A stretch of 64,000 nucleotides of DNA, taken from assembly GCA_030141605.1 (NCBI GenBank), contig JAQGDQ010000505.1, positions 96,615-160,614 of the forward strand, written 5' to 3'. Source of the DNA: Tubiluchus corallicola. Its lineage: Eukaryota > Animalia > Priapulida. The translations under genes and the position numbers were made by a program. Shown here piece after piece: positions 13,901 to 25,900 of this stretch (position 1 is its first letter; every line of letters begins with the position of its first letter). The notes below the pieces were generated by a model. The model was given only the letters and a program-made list of their open reading frames with translations, did not search any database and was not told the DNA's origin.

Positions 13901-16900
13901 GTTTAACTCCATCAGGACCACACCATTTAAAATAGGTCTCGTAGGACCTAAACTTTTCTGCTGCTGTATGCGTACAGACATAACTAAATGATTAGAAATT
14001 CAGTACTGTTCTATTCAGGCGAATCTCGGCTATCCAATCATGCTATTTGTTTAAACATTAATAGGTGATTTAATTGGATAAAATTAAGAAAAACACGCCC
14101 AGGCTCTACAACTTAACCCATTGAGTAGCTTGGTCCGGTGTACACCTGCGTGATCGTACACACTATTTTATTGATCGTCTGCTTGCTACAGCTCAAGCTG
14201 TGCAGTGTTCTACTGCTATTCCAAGAAAACCAGCCAATCAACCAAGGAAAAATTAGGGTGGTTTCATCTTTTAACAATAATTTCTCCTTAAAAAGACAGC
14301 AGACATGAGGTCAAAGTCTATCAGAGCGCTGTCGTCTGGATAGTTGAAATCTTCTGCATTAGCGGATTTCACATAAGTAATGCTGTACTTTGTTACAACG
14401 CAATCACTGCAGTTACTGAAGGCTTTTTTTCCAATTTTTTCGTCAAAAATCAATATTTAATTTGTCTAAGGTAAGCAAATGCATCTCATATATAATTTTG
14501 CATTGTGTGAGGAGTAGAAACCTGAAAATATTATCAAATATAACGTCACAGCTGCTTAGTGAAAGCCGTTTTCCATAAAGCCATGCAAAATGCAGCAAAC
14601 GCTTACGGTCCTGAAGGAGTTAAAGAAGTGCTTAAATACTAACTTCGTTTAAAAGATTTTCTTGAACGTGCTGAGACATTTCAGTTTGTAGTAATCGAGA
14701 TGAAACTGCAGGTTCGTTTAGCAAATAATTCTCTACTCTCCGAATGCCTGCTGTCCACTTATCAGAGGAAGCTGGCCTGCCCTTGGAATGCAACAAACCA
14801 CCTTTCTTTTTGGTGGAACTTTTACCTACTTCCTCTTTTAATGTTGGAGAGCAAGCAGGTTTCTTAATTCTAGGAGACACCTGAAAAAAACAATAATTTG
14901 CTTACTAACGTTATGGAATTAGTAGGAGCTATAATTCAATTGTCTTTAAGACACTTCGCCAAGTCAATTTGTTGTCTCGAGGTTTGAACCTCTGTTGTTT
15001 AAGAACATCAAATCCAAACAAAATCCCTTAGTTCAGTTTGATGGAATTTACAGAATTTTTGAACTGGAATTAGGGAAACTCTAAGTTACACTTTCAAAAG
15101 AATCTGCTGGTTACAAGAACTAGCGTGCTTTTAAAAAGTGAAAATCAAATCTTAGATACTGACAAAGAATTTTGATGTATAAAAATTGCGACACACAATG
15201 GACCCACCACTATTACATATTTACTTAGTAGTTTATAAATAACTACAACCTTTTCAAGACATCCACTTTTGTGATTAAGGGTATCACGCGCATTCTGGCT
15301 GACAGCTTGAATATTTTATATTTTACAGAAAAAAATTTGTTATTTACTAGAAATCATTTTGCTAGAATGTATGGACCATTTAGAAATCAAATATGGCAAA
15401 TATAGTCAATAAATCACAGAAATAATATAAGCTATCGCTTTAATGTTGCCAGAATAGAGATTTGGTTAAATCTCATTCTGGAATCCAAATTTTTAAGTAT
15501 CAGTCTACAGTAGGATTTGGCTTCAGTTCGGGTTTAGAGTAACATTATCCCAGGGCATCACCGTTCCTCAACTTTAAAATCAGAAACTGACATAGAAATT
15601 GAGATTTGTTTGTTATCTTTATTGCAAAGGCAAAGTTGGTATCCTTTTCTTTTCATTTTAAGTTGCACACTACACATACGATGGTTTCATATTTTTCTGA
15701 GTAAAACATGTCAAAGATAATAAATGCTATATGTGTACTGTGTTTGCATAGCAAAATCGTTTGTAAATTGGCAGTTTAGCTTTTCTAGTTATACACATAT
15801 CCTGAATTTCCATTTCGTGAGGATCATTTTGATACCAAGCTCAACGCTTTATGTTATTTCTAATCTGAGATAATCCACATTGAAACTGAGGTGTAGGCTG
15901 CACACTGAAAAACGTATCCTTGAGAAAATCACTGTTAAAGTTTGCCATTGCACAAATGTGGGTTGCTACAGACTTTGCAAGAAAACAAAAAAGTTATGTT
16001 TAAATCCAATAGATGGCCCTTACTGAAGAAGATCTGGGCTTGGCAACTGAAAAAAACTGAACAAAATGACCGCTTCCACGAGCTACTATAGCAGTTTGAA
16101 AATATGACTTTTTGACAAACACAACATTAGTTTTTACACAGAGAAGTGTGCAAGCAGTTCTAAAATTAGATTTTAGTATTTTTAAAATATTTTCTTGATA
16201 ATTTGACAATATAATATAAAAGTCTAATACACTTACATTTGGTTTCATAAAAAAAAAAATTGACTTTTAATGAAAGTTTGGTGCATCCACTTTGATAAAG
16301 TATCATAATGCAGTTTTCGCTATGCCGCCTTAAAAGAGCAAATTGATAAATTGGCCACAAGCAACAGATTAAAAAAATAACATACTAGTTTGCTTTTCGA
16401 ATTAACAAATTGTCTTCGAGTTGGACGCTTGTCATTTCCACTAGCAGTAATACGAGCATAAGGCACGCTGATAGCAGGAGACCTAGAGTAAACAAAACTA
16501 CTAAGTGACAATAATGACAATAATGTCAAGCGTGTAATGTAAAGTGTATTTTGTAGACGTGCCAACGGTGGCATAAAAACAAACTGAAATTCGTCAACAT
16601 TTTTTACACTAAATGACAATCTTAAATCAAGATCAATGTCATAAATAATTATTTTTAATAGTATCTCGGAAGCACTAATTATTAGAAAAAGTAGCATCAT
16701 CATACTTGACACGCTTGCGAATCTTCTCAGTTTTCCTTGTTTTTCTTTTTTGGACTAAAGAATTAATCAAATCGGTGGCTTCGTCAGGTGTACTCACTAA
16801 AATAGTAAATACAAATAATACACAAACAAATATTCTTGCCAAAACTTTGCAAATTCTAAGCGTGCATGAAAAACCTTTGCTTGCTTAAGATGTTGAAAAA

Positions 16901-19900
16901 TGTTTTTAAAAGAACAGGATTTAGATACTCTTACAGGCAACATTTAGAAAACATAAATTTCATTTGTTTGATTAAACTGTTGAATTTTTTAGAAGAACAG
17001 GAGTTTTGACCTTATCACAAGGAACATACAGAAAACATACGCTTACAGGTTAAATACATTGCCTATCGTTACCCAAAGCTAAATCACATTTTACTGAATA
17101 AGATCAACTTTCTTGTTCTTCAAGTTTCAAGCAACTTTACTATGCATATATAACAGCATCAGAAAAATCCTATAAAAGTAGAGTACTTGAAATTAACCAG
17201 TAATTTAATAATGTTGTAATGATATAGAAATCATTTACAGTTACGCTTAAATTGTGTTATAATTGTGGTTTAATGTCAAAATTGTAAGTGTAAGAGTCAT
17301 AAATAGAAAATGTGCAACAGCTGTTAGTAAGCAACAAACAGCTATTGGTAAATTTTTGTTTATTACAAGCATTTCTATAGGACACATGCCTGCCATATCT
17401 AGTGTCATTTAAACAGAATTATATTATATTATAAAACCATCCTAAAAAAAAACAGGGCATAAAGGACCGACAGGCAGTACACACTGCTAGACCATGGGCT
17501 TTTTAGCACCAGTTCCGTTAAAGCAATACATGGATGATGAATGTGGACAAGGGCATGGATGATGAATGTGAGCAAGGACATGGATGATGAATGTGAGCAA
17601 GGACATGGATGATGAATGTGAGCAAGGGCATGAATGATGAATGTGAGCAAGGGTATGGATGATGAATGTGAGCAAGGGCATGGATGATGAATGTGAGCAA
17701 AGACATGGATGATGAATGTGAGCAAGGGCATGGATGACGAATGTGAGCAAGGACATGGATGATGAATGTGGACAAGAGCATGGATGATGAATGTGAGCAA
17801 GGACATGGATGATGAATGTGAGCAAGGGCATGGATGATGAATGTGAGCAAGGCCATGGATGATGAATGTGAGCAAGGGCATGGATGATGAATGTGAGCAA
17901 GGGCATGGATGATGAATGTGAGCAAGGGCATGGATGATGAATGTGGACAAGAGCATGGATGATGAATGTGAGCAAGGACATGGATGATGAATGTGAGCAA
18001 GGACATGGATGACGAATGTGAGCAAGGGCATGGATGATGAATGTGAGCAAGGACATGGATGATAAATGTGAGCAAGGGCATGGATGATGAATGTGAGCAA
18101 GGACATGGATAAGGAATGTGAGCAAAGGCATGGCACAGATCTCAAAGCATTTCTATATAAAACACAATATACATGAATAAAACATTAAAACGGACTCAAC
18201 ATATTAACCTTGTTAGTTCAGTACTGCAGCACACTTCTGACCTAGCCGTTTTTCATTAAACACCTCAGGTAGTTACATGGGGGGAGGGGGGGGCATTATA
18301 CAAAATCAGAAGCTACCAGCAGTGCCAAATTGTCAGTCTTTTCACCAGCATTAATTAGCAAATTGGGCTTACCTGTATTTGGAAAAATATTTTTTTCAAA
18401 AAGAGGTGTCTTTTCCGCATTTCCTGGTGATTCCTGAAACACCTGCTCAGGGCTAGGAGGCACTAACCCAAACGTGTTGTCATTTCCTTTTGATGTTTTT
18501 GTCACGTAGTCAGACCGTCGTTCCAAATCTCGTCGAACATTCACTACAGTATGTTTAATGCTAGGAATGATTTCACCAGCAAGCCGATCCCTATTTGAAA
18601 AAAGCTGAGTCAACAATAATAAGTCATTGTGATTATGCATTTTAAACCTTTTTTTTATATCAATATTAATTGCACGTAATTGTACTGTTTTAAACCTTTA
18701 TACAACACCGGGATAACAACCAACTAAAGTAAACACAAATTCAAGATATTTATGTGACATTTTTCCCAATAACAGATTAGCTTTTCAAAGTCTAGGTAAC
18801 AAGATTGGAATGCTGCACCATCACATCGCATAAGAATTTGCAATACATCTAGCATATTTTTGTTCAGCCCAATGCAGAGATGACAAGGGACAGGAAGGGT
18901 ATGAAACATTGCCCAAGAAGCCTGCAATAGTGGTAGCTCTACTTCTGCAAAGGCAAATTATTGTTGTTCAGCACTAGTTTGCTTTCTTGACTTGATCACC
19001 AAACGAATGCTGACCAACCAGTTAAGGCTAAAGAGCTTCATCCATGCAGAATGCAGCCCTGTTGAGTGTCAAACCAGTTCTTTCAAAACTTAGATAGGAT
19101 TCATGTTAGGCAACTTTCTGCAATAACCTGATTTACAAACATGAGCAAAAACTTCTAGTTACAATGATAACACATTTTATTTAATAATTGCCCTCACTTG
19201 ATACTATCATATAAAACGTTAGATAGTTTTATAATTAGCCAGCACAGAATCCAAAGCCTATTGAGGCCAGAGAATCCATTTTGTGAATATGCTGTTTACA
19301 AGGTTATATAAGAACAGGCTAAAATCTTATTACATGAACAACAGTGAGAATGAGAACGGTTTCCTGGCGAAACGGATCTGTTTGTAGGATCACATCACAA
19401 GCATGTAGCTCAAAAACCTTTACCTTATTTCCAGCATATCAGTGATGTATCTGCGGTGAAGAGGAACTTGTTGCATAACCACATTACTCACTTCCAAAAA
19501 ATTAGGTAATGTACCTACAACAGTAAGTATTAATCACAATACCAATATAAGAATATAAAAGTACAATATAAGTACAATATAAAAGTATAAAAAATAAACT
19601 AAAGTAAATAAATAAATTGATTGATTGAAAAGAATGAAAAACAATTCCACTTTCATACCTTCACATTTCATCTTCTCAACATAAAGCTTCAGTGCCAAAT
19701 TGCATATGTGCAGAAGGCTTAGTGGGTTCAGCTTGCCGTGTTCATTTATGTTGGAAATATTTTTCTGTGATAAAACAAAGCAATAAAGCAATTAATGACT
19801 TTCAGAGGCATTTCAGGCGAATAAAGAATCTTTCAACAGCTGTATCTTGCAGTATACCATTAAAACTTATTCTGAACACTCCATTAAGACTGTCTGCATG

Positions 19901-22900
19901 CTCTAAAATTGTCTTTGTACAACATCTGTAGAAATCGCCAGACTTGCCATCTAGTATTATGCAAAACTAATATTTGTTTGTCATCTAGACAAACAAGATG
20001 AGGTTCCAAATATAACCAAAGTGATAGGAAATAAAATCACTGAATGACTAAGTATAAAGTGATCCTAAATTAGGCATAGAAAACATTCATTTATTAAGAA
20101 TAAGTTTCGTGCATTTAGGGTATGCTCCAAAGTTGCTTAGCATATGACAATAAACTCATGTAGCTTCAAATTCAACAAGAAATTTCCAAAATTTTCCATT
20201 CTAGTACACTACTTCTATAAAGTTCACCATTACCAGTAAAATAGTAATACTATTTGAAATTTTAATAGGCAACCGCTGTCACCATCATTGTCAAATGGAT
20301 TTATCTAAACAATAGTATCTTGATTACAGGGACACTCGTGTTATCATTGCACAGGGACACTAGCAGAATTAATGTATGTCAGACAGATACTAATACACAG
20401 ATCGCAAAATATCAATCAACCAGCGGGGGTCCACCTCGTGATGGCCAATTAAGTTGCCCTTTGTCTTCACTCCTCCTTCGCCTAAGTAACACAACAAAAG
20501 TGGCTCCCAAAACACAGGCAGAAAATGTACTGAGATATACTGCGACAGTTAAGGTCAAATGTGTATTATTATTATTATTAATTTTATTTTCTCCAGCCAT
20601 ACAAGATTTCTGCAACTAAAATTTGTCTAGCAGAGGTACAGGGACATATTGGTGAAGCATTATGTTTGAGTAATAGTTGTGCAGATGTATTATGCCTTGG
20701 AAAGGTTAGAAACAGTCAGATTTATCAGTTTCTCTAATACACTCAAAATACTCAAATAAATCTGCCGCTGAAAAAATCTCTTCCAGCTAGGTAGATAAAA
20801 TGAGCTGGTAGATAACATGAGCTGAACCGTCAAGTTAATAAAAATGCGGTCTGTCCCAAGGTAATTAGTTTCTTCAGTTTTTTTTTAATTAAAGATTTTA
20901 TAATGTTACAAGAGATTGCCGAACGCTACTATTGCATTAATGTTCATTAAGGTTGAACATTCAGTATTTGGCAGACCTCTTTAATTGTTATTCATAGTTT
21001 ATCTAGCGTAACTAACTTATGTTGTTTAAACCCTTAATGCTTACATAAGTCTTTTAGACTGATCATTTATAATGTCTTGTATGATCTTATTACGTACAGG
21101 TTTTATACAGGATTGCTATACCAAATTTTCCTGGTACCAACTAAATTTTTCCAGTACTCAAATTTCCTAGCACCAAACCTGTTCCGTACGATTTTTACCT
21201 TGTACCAGATTTACTTGTACCAAAAATGCTTGACAAAGCTCCGCCAGTATTGTATTAAATTTTTCTACTAATACAACTTTTTCCCATTTGCTACAATTTC
21301 GATATTCCAAAAATTCAAAGCAGCAAATTTTCCCAGTACCAAAATGTCCTCGTACCAAAATTTCTAGGACCAAATTTACTAGAAGCAAATTTTTCCATGT
21401 TTTTCGGTTTGTTTACATGCTGTAAACATTTACAGCAAGGGAGTTTGTGAGAACGTGTGTTACATCATCAAATTGGGCGGGGTAAATGCGGCTTGCAATC
21501 TACATATTACTAAGCATTAAGAAAACTTTGTTTGTTTTGTAAAGGAACCTACCTGGCGTATCTCCTCTTTAAGTTGTTGCAACAATACCTTTGGAACTTT
21601 GGCAGTTACGTTCGTTCCATCAAGCATGTATTTGTTTTCATTGCCAGACAAAATGCTCTCAATAACTTCTTTATTGTTACGGATGTGTTCACAAGCATTC
21701 TCAATTTGCTTCCAGTGTGCAGATATCTAAAAAGTAGACAAGAATTTAGGAAATCACAATTCTGTTCAAAAATGTTTTAAATAATGTGTTAATTAAATAA
21801 AAACAGGCAAAATATATTTAACGAAACACTTTGTTAAGTGATAGATTGCTTTTTAGCCTACTAATATTTTTGACAGCCTATCATATATTTTTGCTGCACT
21901 GTGTACAATAATGTTATATGATATATTACGCAAAGTCTTGATGCCATGAGATCTTCGACTAATGCACATGTAAATACTACAATGGGGCTAAATTTAAAAA
22001 AAGCAGGGCTGAAGACAATAATGATTATTACAAACATTAAATGCAGAATTACTTTATAAAATCTGGCATTTATTTAGCTACAACATTCACAGATAAGACA
22101 CGCTTGAGTCAACTTCAAGTGTAATATTTGCAATTTAAAATATATATGCATTAATTTGGTTTACTTGTAAATACTAATTATAGCTAATGAAGATTACTAA
22201 CTACAGAAACAGTAAATTAATACACATATAACCTAAATTTCAGATATCACAGATAAAGAAAAACTCAGGTAGAGTTCAAACATATCAAGTGTTTTAACAA
22301 GAATTGGAGAATTATCAGAAGATAGCTTCTGCTTTGAGGATATCTTTGTATATTTGACAAAGTATTAAACAAACAAGTGGTTAAGTACAATGTAGTGTAG
22401 ATGCCAGAGAGATGGCAAAACACTCAAGTGGTTAAAAAATGCATTTTATTTGCATATATTAAATTACAAACTGTTGATAACTACGTATTAGTCAAGGACA
22501 CAAAAGTCAAATTTTAAGGAAATGGAGAATGACGGGATACATTTGCCAAATTTTCAGGAATTATATGATTTCATGAAGCATAAGGCACTGAAAACAAGTT
22601 GTTATAAACTCTACCTTGCTGACGGCATCTTCTCGTTTAGAGAGCTGTTCTGAAACGACAGTCTCATAAACAGCAGTGTAATCTGACCTTTTCCCCGAAC
22701 TGCAAAACAAGATTCAAATAATAGAAAAAATAACACGAGGGAGAACAATTCAGTAACTATGATTATTGACTGCTTTGATCAGTGGACCAGTTTCTTCCGA
22801 AGTGAGCATTGCCATATATAGACAATAATTAATAATAATAATTTATTAGCCTCAATTCGTAAAAATGCTTTAGGGCTTTACAATTAATAATTGATAAAAG

Positions 22901-25900
22901 AGAGAGTAAAAATACATCATGAGTGGACTTAAAATTATACATTACAATAAAACTAGTCGCACAGACAAATAATGCATACAATACGATTATACAAATAAAA
23001 TTTAAGATATAATGTAAATCCAATTAAATTAATTTTATTATATAATTAAAGGTTAAAAGCTTCTTGGAATAAAAAATTTGAGGCTTCATTTAAAAACAGA
23101 TGCTGACTCCGACTGCCATATGTGAATTGGTGTTTATTCCACATTAGGGGAGCAGAATAATGAGAATGACCGTCTAGAACGAGTGACTAGTTTTGCTTTA
23201 TTTGCGCTGGATCAAGTTCATTGAATTTACTAAATGCAATTACCAATACCACATAAATTACTCAACGGACAATGCTATTCAGACCTGTTACTTTTGGGCT
23301 TTGGTGGTACAACATACAATACAACTGTGCTCTGTGATACACAACATTATATAACATATAATGTGTCTTCTGGTTGATTATTTAGGTATGCTAGGTTATG
23401 TTCAAGTAAGGAGGGGTTTTTGGGTAGGGCAGCCAGGTGATATAAAATTATGTCAAACGTGGGAGTCTTCTTCTATCTCGTGAAAATGTTTTTATAAGTC
23501 ACAGTCTTTTTTTATTTAAGTATGGTTGGTTTTGGTTGGTTCAGTTAAGCAAGTGGCTGTTGCCTTGACATAATTTTGGTGACGGTATACTTGTCTAGCC
23601 TTTTGTAACTTTGTGCTCATGTTGTAGGAGCAGCTTACGTTGATGTTCTCTATGTGTGTGCTTGGCATAAGTGTTATGTTTGTAGTTATCACTTTAACAT
23701 CTAAGGTTGGCCAGTCAGTGTGACTGGGTCCCACCGATAGAGTTTGACGACAGTGAGTAGGGACCGAAGTCTGAATCTTTCCCGGTGCCTCACCTGATGA
23801 CACTACCTTTGGTGATAATTTTGTATGTGTATGCAATTGTAGATTCTATGATTTGTAGTTGATTGTGTGTGGTGTTGTTGTTGTCATTTGAGTTTAAAAA
23901 CTCACCTTGTCTAATGGTTTTTTAATGATATACTGTGATCTACAAGTACAAAAACTACTACTAAGGTTGTAAAATGGTTAATGACACAACGATGATATAA
24001 AAAACTTACCCAGTTTGTGACGTTGGGATGTCAACTGCATCCAAGGCTGCTTTGAGATTTTCTTCAGCTTCCAACACAGCAGCTTTGTTAACTTTTAATT
24101 CAGCAGCTTGTTCTCTAGAATTTAGGCAGGTTCTTAACAACTCAGGTTATTTATTTAAAATAGTATAGTCTTTCTAGTACAATAATCTATACTAGAATGC
24201 AACATATTATGTGTTTTCAATGCGTAACTGTCATATCAAATATGACATATGGTGGGACAGAAAAATTTACATCTTTTTTTAACTTTGTAAACAATTCAAA
24301 CAATGACAAGGTCAGCTAATTTCTGACACTTAGGACTGAGTAAATGATAGTAACAAGTGACATTTTGGCATGCAATTCATTCCTTGTGAAGAACCACGAC
24401 AAGTCTGCATGTAAAATAAAAGGTGAATTGCTAGAAGCATCAAACTGACCTGAAAGCAAGCTTGAATAGATTAGGCAATTAGAAAAATGGATATGCACAA
24501 AGACACAGTGGCTGTGTTTAAGTGCCTCCAGGGCTCTGTTCCCGTTGGAAAGCTCAGGAATTAATGCTATCTTCATCATCTATTGAACTGTGATTGGACT
24601 CTTATTAAATACATAAATGTACAGAATGACTTATTTCAGCTGACATTTTGTAAAAAGATTAAATTGTGTCACAAACCTTATAAAATCCTTCCAATTTTCG
24701 TGCAAAATTGTCAGATGTTGTCGATTTTCTAAATATTCTGACATGTGGAGACATGCTGCTGTCTGGAGAGTAGTCGTCATGGGTCCCAATATGCCAATGT
24801 TTAGGCTGTTTAGGACAGGGTGCCTGATAGGAGGTTTCTTTAAAACTATGATAACAAAGTAGATACATGAATTTTTTATTTAATTATACAACCTGCTATC
24901 ACTTTCTTATAAAAAGTGAGACTTATAAAAAATTGATAAAGCAAAAAAAATTGATACCAGTTCCATTGTAAAAACACTGATAGTCTATTTGTGCCGTTGC
25001 ATAACATAAAATAAATGCAAATACAATCTGCAGCGACTAACAACCTGTCAAAACTATATTACAAATGCAGGTAATTGTTATAACACTAATGCAAGGTCAG
25101 ATGGTCTGTAATACTGAGAACTTATAAAAAACCAATTCTATCACAAAAATACGTAGCAATTAATAATTATAAAATGCAAAAACACTTACCTTTACTTTCC
25201 AGCTTGACCTAAATAACACAGTTCTAAATTGTCAGGAATTGTATAATTGATACTGTCAGTAGAAACTACAGTTAGAAATGCCTCTTACTTTTCTTTTTCT
25301 TCATTATTTTTAACAGCACAAATGTCGTAAAAGCCAGCAAAAAATCGTAGATTTTCCAGCCATGCGGAGACATCAACAAAGAAGAACTGACTTTTGGAAA
25401 GTTGGCATCACTTTCATTCTAAATGAACAAGACAAAAAAATAATATAGCCAGGTTGCTTGTTTCAGGCAAAAGGCAACTGTTTCCATTAAGAATTGTCAA
25501 AGCAGTAAAATGAACTTGTAGTAGCTATGTTAACAAGTTGTACTTAGCTTATAACAAAATCAACAAAAAACGGATAATTTTTATCACGTTTATGTAAACT
25601 GTTACCTCTATAATCTCGGTGAGCCAACTGTACACTGCTTTCCGAAATTCCTGTTCTTGTTTCTTATCAGTGGATGGCCAGCAAATTCTAAACAATGTTA
25701 ACAATACTCTGGTAAAACTGCTTAAAATAGACTTTGATGTTGCTGCACTAATTATGGCAAAATATTGTAATATTTAGTGTTTCCATCAGGTACCCGAGTA
25801 CTCACCCACCTGAGCAATTATTACCAGAGCCTGATATTCCAACACAGTTTATAAGTGAAAATGCAGACAATATTATTAATAGGATATCTATAGCTTAACA

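Noticed and set aside
14271-14453. Possible additional HAUS6 exon
   Set aside because: No acceptor gives an open in-phase frame, and the flanking exons join directly into the conserved LNE|VASAV motif.
17429-18145. Three overlapping His/Cys-rich ORFs (187-238 aa), or a CRISPR-like array
   Set aside because: They are a by-product of a stop-free 25-bp tandem repeat. There are no unique spacers or cas genes, and the context is a eukaryotic intron.
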